A DNA stretch of 64,000 nt. Source: Raillietiella orientalis. Taxonomy: Eukaryota. Every line of letters starts with the position of its first letter. The stretch's first letter is position 1. The stretch covers positions 2,108,001-2,172,000 of the forward strand of contig JAYWIR010000035.1 in assembly GCA_036172245.1 (NCBI GenBank), written 5' to 3'. The notes below the pieces were generated by a model that ran no database searches, was not told where the DNA came from, and saw only the letters and a list, made by a program, of their open reading frames with translations. The translations under genes and the position numbers were made by a program. Below, in pieces: positions 24,136 through 38,400 of this stretch.

Positions 24136-24886
24136 GGTCACATCTGTTTGCCTATGGCGTTCTTTGCGACCAGTTCCTCATCGCCCTCCGTGAGATCCAT
24201 TCCTCCTCTTCCGACAGGCATGCTCGTGGAACGGGGCGCACGGAAAGCGTGACGAAGGGAGTAGCGGTGCAAAGCCGATCCCTGAATGCTCAGCGACAAC
24301 GCCGGTTCGGAACTTACGCTCCTCGCACACAGTACTTGGTACGGTATTGGCTGTACCACTGAACGGGAAGCATCCACCAAGCAAGCTCTCGACTCTGTTG
24401 GAGCCCTTGAGGAAGAAGCACGGCGCACCAACCTGTTAAACGTGTCGCAGTGCAGCGTACCGTCGCATCCCTATTGCTTGCGTTTCTGTCCGTCGAGCGT
24501 CTTCTCCCGCAGTATGCAGGAGGGCGAGCGATTTCTTGTTTCCGGATTGTGGTTCCGCATCCAGCCAGGCAAACATCGGTCGAGAAAGAGTTCTCTGTGC
24601 TAACGGAGAGTCACCTTGGTGCAGACGACTCCGAGGACAAGATTTCGGCATCGGGGAACGAGCAGGAAAGATTCCTGCTTGCAGGGAAACACCGAAACAT
24701 CCTTTTTTTGTGTGTTTTTAGCTTCACCTCTTTCCAGTTGTTGCACCGAGCCGGCACCCCTCGGAGGCACCGCATCTGGCCAGCCGCATCGATGTGGGCG
24801 AACAAGGAGCTGCAGGCGCTCCTGGAGGTTCCTGCAGAGTCGAAGCCACCCACCACTTTCCTTCAATACTGTTTCTCCTGTTCGTT
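24136..24886 (-). repeat. Right arm (751 bp) of second inverted repeat
   Basis: Mirror of 18812-19562; inner edge lies 322 bp upstream of the ATG of pepsin-like gene B. Confidence 0.95.
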
Positions 24887-27800
24887 TCGTCCGTTCGTCA
24901 TATCTACTTGTTAATCCGAGGGTGGAGGCAACCGTACATGAATGGTTCGCCATCAGAATGCAAATTCGAGAGAGCATGAGCTTCACTTTGAGAGCTCAAA
25001 CGTTGCTGAGAGCATCCTTGAGTTTCGAGTTTTCCGTATTTCTTTCTTGCGCTAGCAGAGGCCGAGTCTTCCGGATTTCACACAAGAATTCCTGCAGCTG
25101 CTTCGTCTCAACCTCAGGGTGCACGCCTCAGCATGCAGCGCCTATGCAATGCAAGGTGAGTTGCTCAGTGCGACTGCACGTGCAGCATTCACCCCGCTCT
25201 GCCTTCGTTTCTCTGCCGGCAAGATGGTTGAAGTTGCTCTTGCACTGTTCATCCGAAAGCCGGAATCTTTGCGAGAGTGAACAGAAATTGCAACCGGTCT
25301 CTAAAACTACGGCGCCTTTGTTTGCCGACAGTGGCTCTGGATGGACCGTCGTGTTAAGGGCACCCTCCCCTCTCCTCCTCCAAACTACTGTTTCGGTGCA
25401 GTGTCTTTTTTAATTTACTGTTTCTTAGTGAAGGCGCGCTTCAGGGGTGAGTCTCTTCCGAAAGCACCTAAGCAAGACCTCGCTTCTCGACTGCATTCGT
25501 GTTAGTGCTCACCTTTCATAGGAAGGTACTCCCACGAATGCTCAGCTTCGGGAGAGACTTGCACCGCAGATGCTCTTTGCTCCTCAGTGCCTTGCATCAA
25601 CCTCCCTCCCCAAAATGGCATCGTTAAAATAGCGATGCGTTTTGCTTCTCTTTCTGCTTCCTCTGCCCCGCTGCAGAAACCAGTCTTTCATGGGAAGGGA
25701 TTTCACGCTCTTCTGATGGGAATCCAAGAGTGCTCTGCACTTTCGGGTTCCTGTCGACTAAAAGAGTTTGAAACCGAAGTGTTCCTTTGGGTTGCTTTCT
25801 ATGGAAGAGGTCGTTATCAGGGATGCTATGGAAACAGCACACTTGTTTCCATCGCGCCTTTCCGGCAGCCGGAGGAAACATGCTGGGAAGCACGGGCTGA
25901 AGTGACGAGTAAGGGGACTCCATTTTTCCGCGCCGGGAACCGAGAACAATCCTGTCACCGCTCAGTGCTCCATCGTCGCTGTCTTCTTTGCCGCTTCTTT
26001 GTCAGGCGTGCCCATGCCATCGCGCGGAGCACGAGACGAGTCAGCTCGACTGGAGAATGGAAAGCCGAAAATTCGGTGCTCAGGGAAATTCAATCTTCTG
26101 CAGAGGCCATGCACCACCCTTGCCTTTCCAGGGGACTGCGTCAAGAACCTCTCTGGAGTCTGCAGCAATGCAACAAACGCTTATTAGCATGCAGAGCCGG
26201 GACTGAAATGAATGCTCGCGAAAACTCGGCAAAGAAACCGCTCGTTATCTTCCAGGTTCGATTCCATACCATGAGGGAGATTCCAGATACGTTTTCGATT
26301 GGAGCGGATGAAGCAGTATGGTGAGAGAGGACGATCAAATAGATGATCGCCAGCGTTGCCGCATGCGCATCGACGGCCACCTCCCTTCTCCTGCAAATCA
26401 ACGTGACCTCACAACGGGGAGGGGGGGAGGCGATATTCGTTTTCGGCAGCGAGCTGCCCTTTCCGAAGATGGTCCACGCCAACCAGGACTCACTCCCGTG
26501 CGAAGATGTCGCTCGCGTGAGTTTCTGCTCCGTGCTCCGAGCTGCGTCGTGGGGTCCTCTGAGCATCGAAAGGCCGGGGGACTTGACCGGCTGGAGAGAT
26601 GGTGAAGTGCAAGTGAGGGAGCGTCGGACGAGGAAGCGGCTGCTTGGTCGCGGGAATCAGTGCAGCAGTCCGTGCAGATGCAAACGCACACGCGGCGCGC
26701 TCTCTCTTCATCCGAGCAGGACTTGGAAAGGAAGGAGTTGAGACAGAAACTCTCGTCGATGCTCCGAAGACTCCAATCCTGAAGAAGCAACTCTTTCCCG
26801 TCCGCCACAAGAGCTTCCTTTGGGCGGAATGACCATGGTTGCGGGCGCAACCGGGTCAGAACTCTGGTACAGAGGAAGCCAAAAGTGGCGCTCTCGTGGA
26901 ATGAATCCCGTGGTTTCCTTGCGGAAAAAAGACTCCTTGGTTGAAGTTGTCGGTTCCTTATCGATAGGAAAAGGGAGTGCACTACTTTGTGTAAACTGAA
27001 AGGGAGGGCCAGTGAAGGTGTTCAGCACTGCAGTTACTTCTGACAGAATGAGCGTGTTATTTAGGAAAGGATCTAGTGTCTTCTTCCCCCCTAGACACGC
27101 TGAATGGGGCGTTCCCTTCGGTCGGGCCGCAAGGGAAGTTATGCTTCATGAATGCAAAGGAAGCGGGATCGAATCCGGATGGCGAGCTGACCAATTCTTT
27201 CTCTGAGGAAGTTTAGAACACGGAGGAGAGTGGAACTGCAGCCGATCGGCGGAGGTGGCAGACCTGCTGCCTCCCTGTTCATCTAGTGTGTTTCCGATCC
27301 GGGAATCGTTATCTGAGGATCTCCCAAAGAAGCTTGGGAAAAGTGGGAGAGATTCGGTTTGCCACGGAAGGACGTTCCAAAAACAGGATAGCCAGATCTC
27401 GCTGCACCGCTTTTTGAGGACGAGCTGCAAACAGTTAGAATGGATGCCTCACCCAGACCCCAGCTGACAGGAAAGTAAGAGCTTCGTAGGAAGGAATATC
27501 CTATTAGACCATGGTAAGGTCTTTGACCTCGCCAGTTTGCAGATTGCCTGCCGGGTCCGCAGCGAACTGCGATAATCTTCAGGGCGCGTCTGCTTGTGGA
27601 TCGTCGCGGGGACAGTGAACAGAAACACACAAGAAAGCACAAGCGACTGCACCGAATACCTTTTTTCATCTTTGTTGCTATGTTCACTGATCATGGAACG
27701 AGGCCCACACCTGCTAAGGGAGTTGAAAAACTCCACTTGAAATATAAGCGACCAAACGGATCTTGACGGTGATGTTGAAGAAGACTATAAATCTCGTGAT

Positions 27801-29727
27801 CAGCAATTATCCTTCTCCATACAATGGATGATCCGCGTGGATCTAATACTGAAGAACAAATTTTCATGTAGCCCAGGACGTTCCTTATGCTAGGCCACAG
27901 CTGGCTCGGCCTCAAAAAAAAAAAAAAAAATCCCATTGCTGGTGTTTGTAAGTCAGCAGAACCCACTGGAGTCGCGTGTTTCCTTTTCCTCTTTGCTCTT
28001 TTTGCACGACCCGGACTTTCTAGCTCTGCAAAACGGAGGGTCGCCGCCAGCCCTGCAAAGTCCAGAGATGCAACACTTCGGGCTATCTCTGACAGGGGAT
28101 CGATCCCATGTCCAATGCTGCTGCTATCAGATGGTTTTTATCGATGCTGTTCGAACTTTGGGCTTCCACCGTGCCTACTACTTATTCCTATAGAAGTGAC
28201 TGGGGGAGATAAAGCGCATTCTCTTCACCGACATTAACAGTGGTGAGCTGCTGTACATTCACGAACGCGCCGACCATTTGATTTATCGGGAAGTTTTTGA
28301 GGGTCGACGGATCAGCCGACAAGGTTTTCAGAAGCACTTCCTATTTTTTTGAACGCAATGGTGCACATCGCACAGCAGTTCGAGAGCTTCTCAGCACCAA
28401 TTCCTGTTTCGTCTCTGTGGCAACGGCAGGGAAGATTCCACAGATGCCGTGAGGCAGGAAAGAGGTGACCCCAAAACTTAGGGCGAAGAAAAACGCCCAC
28501 CACATCCTTCGGCATGAAATCACTGGTTTCGAAAGGGGTACAGGGGAGTCGGCTGACGCGAAGGGCGTCCCGAAACACCGGCACAACCGGTGTCTTCCTG
28601 CCGACGTATTCCTGCCCGCCCCAAGTTCGCTTTCCCGACTGACCAACACCACTGCCGATGCGCAGTCATTTGGATCTCATCTGGGAACCCCAGGCGATCG
28701 CTTTTGTTTCTTGTCCTGGATGTTTCTGCCTTCGCCAGTATTGCGTCTCCCACGCCGAAGTGCCATTGTGACCGCGATCGGTTTCGACCTCCCAGAATCC
28801 TCCAACTGGAGCCGAATAAAAATGCAACCGGGAAAGGAAAAGAAGGTCACCTCAGAGATGCTTCACCTTCCTCAGAGGAGGAGGAGGAGAGGTGCCTTTT
28901 CTTTCAGCGCACGAGACCAGCAAGAAAGGAGGGGACACCCGCTCCGGAGATCAAGCACAGGCTCACAGGTGCACAGGCGTGAATTGCTTTTCCCGTGTCT
29001 CAACCGAACTCTCCTCTTCATCGCTCCCTCTCTTCCTCTGGCGCTCCCAGTGTTAGCTGCCCTCTCTTGCCTCTGCTCTGGATGAGCGGCTTTGGTTTCG
29101 GGACGGCGGGCACGGGCCAGGCTTCGGCACAGCGTTCCTTTCGCTTGGGCGTTTCCCCGCGGAGTCCCGCTGGTCGTCGTCCACCTTGGAACAAATCGGA
29201 CCCGACCGCGGACGGTCCTCTCCCGACTTGGCATGCCGGAAGGGACGCCAAGTCGGACGAAGCTACCTGGATTTCTCGTGCCCCAGGTCCTGGAGGCGAT
29301 GCCCTTTCGAGATACGTTTGCAGGCAAGGCTTTTTCTCTCCCCTTGCCCTCCTAGATCCCTGGCTGCAGTTCGAAGCCCTCCCGGTGCTCCCTTCGATTG
29401 AGCGAGGAGTTCGGGAAGGAGCAGGAAGAATCCAGCCGAGGACCCAAGGGTCGTGGATTTCGTCCCCAAATGCCACGCACTCCATCAATTTTCCAGCTTC
29501 CCACGGTTTCCAGGAATCGTCTTTTTCCCGCATTTTTTTTATTCTCGACCCTTACCACATTACGGGATACTATATATAAAATATGCTCATGGTATTTATG
29601 ACTAAAAATACATAAAACTTGCAACTATATGAAGTACAGGGAGACATGAGAACATATTTAATTCAACAGTAATTTATTTATTACATTAATTAATAATTTA
29701 TTCATGGCGAACAGAGACTATTGACTA

Positions 29728-31300
29728 TTTTTTTTCTTTTTTCTTTTTTTTACGAACGTGAATCAAAATGCTCGCATCATTTTATTCTGCACGCGAGCTC
29801 GGTACTGTTGCAGGTCACTGCCGCCAGCGCATCCTTTAATCCTCACTTTGATTCGCGGGCATCTTGAGATCGCGAATGAGCTGGTCCTGCAGCCCCCTGA
29901 AGATCGAACGAGACGTGTCGTGAAGGGAGGAAGGGGCGATGCTTGACCTCTTGCTCCGGAGAGAGAAGCAGCGGCCTGAATTAGAGGTTGCGACGCGGAT
30001 TCTCTCTCCACGATTGGCTTCGCAGCTACGTGGAGGCTGAGGACATCGCGTGACAAGGAGGCGCGCACGAGTCGCCGCGCAACGAAGGGAAACCCCCAAA
30101 GATCCGCGAGCATTCCACCTAGGGAGCGATCACTCTCCCTGTGAGCTCGCGGTGTCTGGAAGACAAACTGGCGCCCTTCCCTGGCGCGGAAGCGCACAAT
30201 CGTCGGGGAGGGAGGATCAAGTGGTACACGGCGCGGGGTGGTTGGTGTTATGCCTGGCCACACCAGCCGCCCGTTGCAGGGGACCGCCTTCCCATCGCAA
30301 AGAGCAGCGAGCGGCGACCCACGAGCGATCCCCGAGCGTCGGAACGCCGTCGCGAGCACTGCGGGAAGCGGGAGGAACGCGCGCCTTCGCGGCGACCGCC
30401 GCAGTTGATTCCCAGGCACAGATGCAGCGAGCGTCCCGCGCTACGGACGACGCGGGAAGGGTGCGAGGCCGCAGGGGAAAAGCGACCAACATCCCTGCCC
30501 CACTCTCCCGTTTCTCCTTGAAGACTAGTCCTTGCGCGCCACCTGTCTCCGGTCACAAGGATGATCGAACGATCATCACACCGCATTTCGAGGGATGTTG
30601 CGGAACCTCGATCGAAAGCAGGGCCGACTCGCTGGCAGCAGCTATGGTTGCCGGTGAGTCGCCCCATCCCGAACGGATCGCAGATGCTGGAAACTGTCGT
30701 GAGGACGCCGCAGCAGCGACTACAATTTTCTTTTCCCATCCACGGTCACCTGTCGGAAGAGCGCTGTCCTGGAGGTGGCACCCAAGGAAACCCAATTTCT
30801 CGCCTGAATTCGAAATTTCTCGGGGCTCATCAAGAAGTCCCACGACACCCGACTGCCACCGCCATCATTAGACGGTCCGTGACCTTCCTTGCAAGAGGTC
30901 CGAGTGGAAGGAGTAATGAATGGAGCGCTTCGCCATAAACACGGGGGGGCACCAAGAGCGGCCGACGCCTTAGGGCGCACCCCCGTGCGCCCGAGTCGCC
31001 CCTTTGCCAAAGGGTGCGCCGCCGCGCGTCCACGAGGCGTCTCGGAGCGCACGGGGAAACGATCTATCCGACGAACGGGCGTCAGCCCCACAGCTACCGG
31101 AAAGATGAGCTGCTCGCGCGCTCTGTTTCTTGACCGAGAGATCCGCGCGGGACGTGCAGTCGGGGCGCAGACGGGGAGAGGGGTTTGGCCGTGTGACTGC
31201 CGTGAGAAACGCGTTTGGGAGCTGCGTGCGAGGCTACCGCATCAAGGCAATGAAGTTATCTAGGTGGCAGCTTCTTTTCCCTTCATGCTGCGAGAGGGCC
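29728..31300 (-). mobile_element. Highly decayed LINE ORF2 3' part ending in an A-rich tail
   Basis: T-tract at 29728-29751. Minus-strand remnants TGVR.., KLGFLGCHL..WEKKI (cf. KYLG..W) and LQGETGEWG (cf. P.x.GGLG) appear in the expected order. Confidence 0.4.
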
Positions 31301-32899
31301 TCCCGAAAAGACTCGGCAAGAGGTCTGTGACTTTTCCAGGGAGGGAGAGGCCCGGTGACCGAGACTTCAGGTGGATTGCGCATCTGCGATACCTCCTATA
31401 GCATGTCAGTGACACTCTGGAGTCAACGCTCATTTCAGCACCAGGGGGATCCCTTCCCCCCCCGCTAGCGACGTTCACCCAGAGTACTTCGTGTAAGCCC
31501 AATTTCCTCGCTGGGGATAATTACACAATTATGTAATCACGCAACAACCTCCACGATGTGGTTCGGCGTTTCGTCTTGGAAAGGCAAGATCCACCGTAAA
31601 TAAGGAGTACTACGGATGTACAGAATGCTCTGTGGATCTACAAGGCTCTACGATTTGAAAGGGAATCACAGACACGTCACAGTTGACTGTTTTAGAAGAA
31701 GCAGAAAGTGGAGACGGCCGTCACGGTTTGCAGTCTTGTCTTTGCCTATGACTGATAATGAGCGGGTGAATTTTCCTTTCAAGGACTAGGCTTAGCCATG
31801 TGCCAGATGAAAACGCTGACCTTCGTGTCGGCGCGTCGAAACCCGGGGCAAGGTGGAGTTCGACCCTCTTTGGCAGTCACTGTTGGCCGTGGCATCGAAA
31901 CCGATGGCAGAAAGGATTCAGGTAGCAAAAGGATACCAAGAAATGCCTTCTGCAGAACTTCCTTTGGAAGCTTGTGAGGATCTTTTCCATCTGGAACGGG
32001 ACCATCCTAACCATCCTTGAGCACCCATTTTGGAAGCTACTTTGTGAGAGCATTCTTTGCAGAGAAAGAGCAGATTCTGGCTCTTCTTCCGCTCCTAAGG
32101 TTCGCCGTTCATCCCTGATCCGTTCCTCTGGAAGGCGAAATCATGATGTGTTTTCAAGAAACGTATCGCAAGTACTAAAAGAGCTGTAGCATCTTCGATG
32201 CGCTTGACCACGGCGTCAGGGCCGAAAGATATGAAATCGCGGGTCAGCATTTGTCAAACCGAAGCAGCAGGTGTACTCGTTCAGCTGTGAGCGAGGATCG
32301 CTCCCTGGAAACGCAAATCAGGAACTCACTAGCACACACATACTCACTGCGGGCACTCCTAGTTACGTTATGCGATCACTGCTATTATCCTCTAGCTTGT
32401 GCTTGGATGTCTTCAGCTAGCATGGATGAGAAAAGTCAGAGTCAGTGTGCTTCCGGGAGGTGGTCCTTTCTGCCAGGTCTTGTCTTTCGGACCCAAGCAA
32501 AACGCATTTCCCTGTGGAAAACGCATTGCCAGCAACGCTCAAGCACAGTTTTCAGTCTGCCTCGGAATGGAGCTGCTCACTGTGGACAAGGACGTAGCTC
32601 ACTGTGGACGTTCCTCGGTAGCCCCTCATTCGGTCGTCCGAGATGTTTTCTTAGATGGTTAGGTGCATTCTTTGAGGCTGGGGTCAGCCCATCTGTCCCA
32701 AACCAAGAGTCGCTGTAGTTGAATGATTACTAGGCATGGTCATGTCGGATGAAGAACAGACATTGAGGTCTGACTCTTCAAGAATGTTTTTTAGAATCCA
32801 CGGTCCCTGTGACTCCGGGTGTCCACAAGAATTTGGTGCAAACCTTGTGTTTGGACGTCCTGAGCATGCGTGCATTGATTTTGAATTAGATGAAGGACG

Positions 32900-34800
32900 T
32901 GCCTGAATCTTAAAGATCCCTTCGCGGTTACTGCTGCTGGCACGGCTGACACGCAGCTGCTGACATGTCCCGCAGCCTACCCTCGGATCGAATAGGTTGA
33001 TGCATTGGCCAACTGATGGTTCACTAAGAGCCGGTTCCGTGTTAGAGAACCCTACAAAGAACTTCTTGGAGAGAAAATGGGATTTCCATTTAACGAGGGT
33101 CTTATCGTATGATTTGCACACAGAGGTCAGCGATTTTTATTATTCCTCCTCCTTTCTGTAACCCACCGGATCAAAGTATTTGGCTCGTGTCGAATGCACT
33201 CAGGAGCTGGAAACGGTGTTCCCAGGAGGTGATCAGCTGCAACTCGAGTTGCTCTACAGACCTCGGTCGTTCTATAGACAGGATCCTTGCTCCGATCCCT
33301 GCTTCCTTGTTGGCAGGTGTGCCTGGTTTTTTCCTCTTCGGAAGCAAAACGTGGATTCACACAAAAAGGAATTCGCTTCTTGTGGTGGATTCCAAGGATT
33401 CAGATTCAGTTTGCATGCACGGCATTCGCCAGTGTCCATCTTTCTCTTTAAAAGATCCTTAAGATGCAAAAATTCCGCATCTCAAGGATCCTCCAGCATT
33501 GGTTTCAACACTTCCTTTTGCAGTCGAGAAATGTCTGTAATGAACGTTTCTCATCTCCATACTAATGGCCATAAGATTTGCCTTTTTCTGTCTGAGGAGT
33601 TGCGTCTTTCTCACGACTCGGGATTCGGCATCTCAGTTCTCGTGCCTGAACGAATTCTATCCGAGAACTTCCTTCGGGAGATCGCTCAGATGAGTCGCTT
33701 CGGTAGCTATAGCGTGAAATCATCGTTTCCGAAAAATCCTTCTTCCAAGAAAATTTCTTGGAATGAGTCTCCTGGCAACGAATCGGGAGAAAGAAATCCT
33801 GTCGCCGAGAAGGTGGATGAACAAAAGTGCTACGGTGTGCACAAACATGACCGTCTTCCTGGTCCTCGATGAAAATAAAGGCTGCCCTATGGGACCTTAT
33901 CACTTATCAGCATCTTTCCCTTTGTGACGATTCCATTCTCCGCTGCTAGAGATGGACCTTCCCCACCTTGATTTAGGGCTCTCTACCAGCGAGGTTGTGC
34001 GTAGTGCAAGTGCGACTCATCTATCTGTCTAACAGCCATTCCAAACTCATGGCATCTGTCTCGTGCTTCCGCACGATTGCACGTTGCTTGGAACGCACTC
34101 ACCAGTGTGCGCGCTCAAATAACACGCACCCCGCAACGGTTGATTCCCAAGTTTCTCCTCGCTATCAATTCTTTGGCATTTTGCCATCTTGGCTGTGGTC
34201 TGTGGCCACCTGTCGTGGGCGATACCCAAAGATTCCTCCAAATAAGATCGGCTGGGAACTATAGAGGACTGAGAATATGCAGCTGAAGAACGAGTTATTT
34301 CCCTTCCGGTTACTGAAAAAGGATTCCCAGACTGCTCTGTATGGAGCCATTCTTTCTCTCGGAAAAGCTTTGGTCACCTTTGAAACAGCGCTGACCTCAA
34401 CAGTCACGATGACAAAATGCCGGTGAATCTAAATAAAACATCCCATTCTCCGAAACACGTGCTCTCGGGGAATGTCTCTCTCCTTCCCGGGTGCGCCTCA
34501 TAACGCAACCTCCTCCGAGCAGTAAGGTAAGAAGTAAAAGACTCCCGTTCAGTTTTCTGATGCCGGGAGATGGACAACAGTCAGAGGCTTTGCTGACGAA
34601 CGTGCACCTGCCCTCTTCACACGCTTCGATCAAGTGAATCCTTGTAGTGAGTCTTCCAGTGTGATTCAAGCGTTCTCTGAGCAAGAGACCATTTACCACT
34701 AACGATAGCTGCCATGGAGCTGGAGATGTCGAAAGATAGGAGAGCATCCACGGTCTCACATAAGCAGCAGCACATGGCTTCAGGAAGTCGGAGCAACGGC
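32900..34800 (-). pseudogene. Fossil protein-primed DNA polymerase B of Polinton/Maverick/adintovirus type (frameshifted, internally deleted)
   Basis: Ordered minus-strand remnants: AFCHRD (YCxxDV), GNPFS..ITRSSAA..SYLEESLGI (DPF..TIASA..YL..IGI), SLEWLL..GRE, FVHPPSRRQDFFLPIR (VLPP..PVLP), IEFVQARELRCRI (ELxxAxExGYxI), CRACKLNLNPW (RxxAKLxLNSxW). Confidence 0.55.
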
Positions 34801-35473
34801 TTTTTTCGGCTAGCTTGGCGAAAAGTTCGGGTCAGCAAGCTTTTTAAGGTGGTTGCTGGCATTCCGTGAGGCATAGGTTGCTATTGATGGATGCTTTGGC
34901 TTGTGGCAATTCTCAGAAGTCGGGAGAATTTCCGTGCTGCATGGCTCTCGTCCTCGCGCACATGGATCTCTTGTCCTCTGTAGCCCATTTCGGGGGGAAA
35001 CCTCTTCGCTACTCACTCTACTCTCCAGAATGCTCATGTCCCCGGAACAACTCTTCCTATAATCGAGTTTCTTCTCACAAAGCATCCATTGGGATTAGAT
35101 GAAGTTTTTCCTTGAACGAAAAGGAAGAAGACTTGTGAAACGGTGCTTATTAATTGGCAATGCCCTGCGAGTATCTTTTGAATGAAACGAATTTTCCGCC
35201 ATTGTACGCCTGAAGCATCCGCGTCAGCAACTGGAGCTTAAATCCTAGGCCAGAGACCGTCGTCCAGCCTCCAAGGACTCCCTCGAGACTGGTTGCGGCG
35301 GCGGAAGCATCCACAGAAGATGTCCCTTCTTCCGGAGCACGTTCGGGATTGGAAGATGCAGGAACTTCGGGATGGGAGAGTCGAGAAGGCTACAGTGTTT
35401 TGCGTGTGTCCTCTTAAACAAAGAAAGAGAATTTGGAAAATAAAAAGTAAACAAAATGCCCCGAACGGGTTTA

Positions 35474-38400
35474 TTATCTGCAAAGTCCTATTTCTGGCAT
35501 CGGTACAGTGCCCAGTGGGCATTCCGTGGCGGGCGCTCCAAATCGGAACACAGAGCGCCCCATGTAGTTGCCTCCAGGCCCATAGTTGCAGACGAGGATC
35601 ACTTGCGTGCCCTGAAGCTTTCCCCACCACTCTGCAGGAAACTGAGATATACCACATCCCAGTCTGTAAGTGTTGGCCCACATCATTTGAGTGAAATGGC
35701 CAATGGCGACAGGGTTATACCTAAAATGGGAGAAACACACCCTTAAAAATCTTCGTAGGAGAGTGTTTCTCAGGATAGAGAGAAGAAAATGAAGCTATTC
35801 TTCCCCTTTCTCAGAATAGCAGCTTACACTGAAAGAGCAAAGTCACGCAGGTGTGGAGAAGTGGCCAAATTCTTCTGAGCACTCCTGCTGTCACTTGTCT
35901 CTTATTCAACAGAGTTTGCAGTTGCTTTAGTTCCTCCTTTCAGTTCCTCATTGAGCTCTGAGCTCATCTCTGTTGGACTTTACAGAGCGTCAGAAAAGAG
36001 TCTTTCTGTTGCTCTTCCCTTTCTCGGAAGAAAGAATCCTCACAGTCCACCCCGGAGGGTGGTCAAGTTTAATCTGAGAGCCGGAAAAGCAGTGAATTCG
36101 CTGACGTTCGTCGGCGCCTGCCTTCCGAGTATTCCATGGCAACCTCCTCCTATTCTCAAAGCGCAACAAGAGTTATTCTCTCTGCTTCACACTGCTGCGG
36201 GTGCATCTTCTCGACGTCACCGTCCTGCTTGATTCCAGCCGCGATCAGCTCGAGAGCCACTTTCAGCGCACAGACTGATACGGGGCCCACTCGGAAGGAA
36301 AGACGTCCTGTAGCTTGGCCAGGAATCTTCTTCCTTCAGAAGGGTGGCCATCTTAATTCCGCGTTGAGTCACCGGTCGGACTGTGAGAAAACCCGCTGAA
36401 TTCCCCGACGCTCTTTCGAACAGCATGGGGTTTTTCATCATCTCAGTCTCCTACTCATCGTCACCTTTGTTTTACATTGGAGTTAGCCTGAATTCGCGGC
36501 GAGGCGCGACGGAAAACGCAAGCGGAAGCCGCTTGGGATGCAGTGAAGCCAACTAACTCTTGTTTTCTTCAGTGATGGAAGGAGCAAACAGAGAATTCCT
36601 CCTCGTGCGATTCCTCCGCGGAGAAGTCTCAGAGGAAAGGCGTGAAGTGGATCACGACTGAAAGGAACTGTGATGCAAGTGCTCGTCCCCTGAGATCGTA
36701 CAGCAGTTTTCACCAACAGGTGGCCATGGGGAAAACTCAATGCATCCACCGCAACTCTTCCTCCCCGCGTGATTTTCCCAGGTGCTTCGGATTTTTCATG
36801 ATGCCTCGCACGGCACGTTTGGCACTTCACCGTTTGATTCGGTTCTCTTCGGTTCCGACTGCATGGCTCCGCTGGATCGTCGATCTACTCTCTCTCACTT
36901 TTAGACTTCACATCCACATCATCTTAAAAGCACCATCTTGTAGTCCAATCTCGGCATGATGATTCTGATTCCGAATGATGCAAGAGTGTGCATGGTTAGT
37001 ATCAACGCGCGCAGTGCAAGTTGAGGACTCGGACTTTCACGGAAGCTCGGAGCTCATCTCTGTTGTACCTTACAGAGCATAAAAAAAAATCTCATTCTTT
37101 CTTTTGCTCTTTCCTTTCTTCTGATCACCAGAAGAAAACTTTTCATCGTCCGTGAATGATATAATTCGAACGGCAAAGTACGCTGAGAGCGATACTCGCA
37201 CGAAAATCGAAATTTCGATCCTCACGTCTGGAAGACATAGTCGCAGAGGCATCCAAAACGCCTAAGTGCATTTACACTGCACCGGTGAGTGTAACTTTAG
37301 AGCTGAACGGGAGAGGCCACAAACTATCAGAACAGTGCATGCACGTTCTGCAGGGCAGTGCGGTTCTTCTCCACCTCTGACACCTTCCTGGAGGAGTCAT
37401 GCGCCAGGTGGTGGAAGGGAAAGTGTGAAGTTCATTCTCGTTGCGCCATAATTTTGATGAGGAGCTTGTGTGGCGGAGTAGCAACGGTTGGACCTCACGT
37501 TCTTGACGCTAGAAACCTAGCGTGCTGCCTCGCTAGCAAGGTTTTCCCGTTCTCCAGAACACGGAACTCTCGTGTTAAAGCGGACTCACGAAAGCACGCC
37601 TCCGAGGTCACTCTATTCCATTCATATCTTGGAAGTCCAAGCCAGTTTGTGGAGATTGGAAACGTCAAGCGAAATCGCTGCTGCTTGATGCAGTTGGAAG
37701 ATAAGAATCAGGCAGGCCTGCAGTCCGAGTTTTCTTAAAAGCCAATGGGAACTCTCACTCTTTTGTGACCGCGTGTCACGAGGACTTGGATGAGGGACGA
37801 TTCATGAGCGGTGGCTAGGGTGACTTACTGAAAGCTCTGCAAGTCATCGAGCCTCGTGTCCTGTATTTCATCAAACCAGCTGTGGACGGCAGAAGTCAGA
37901 GTAATATCCCTTTGTTTTCTTCCCCACCACCACACGGCGTACAGGTTTTGGCCCACCCAGGAAAACTCATCTGTGAAAAAAGAGAAAAAAAATAAAAAAC
38001 ACCATGCCCCCATTCCGTCACGAGGATCCTTTACTAATGTGGACAGAATGGAGGCGCAGGACAATCACGAAATCAAATTCAGGAGCAATCGAAATCCGGA
38101 GCAGATATGGTTTCAGAGCCTCTTTTTTTTTGTTTTCAGTGAAAATAAAAAATAAAAAAAACGTAAGCACACAGCCATTATTGTTGATAATTGTGAAAAG
38201 CTGCTGCAGTCAGAAATTAACACCGTAGGATTGGTTCACGTATTTGGATTATCTACTCCAAGCAATGTCTACGAGCTCAGTCTCACCAAGTCATCTGCAT
38301 TGGTCAACAGCTGTTGAAAGCCTCACCAAGAACGCTGAGCTTTCTTTGTTAAAGAAACCTCCACGTATCCTTATGAAACACACACAGCCTTGATATGTGA

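Noticed and set aside
35951..37120. ~70-bp diverged direct repeat (35951 and 37042) in CAP intron 3
   Set aside because: Short and degenerate; probably an ordinary dispersed repeat.
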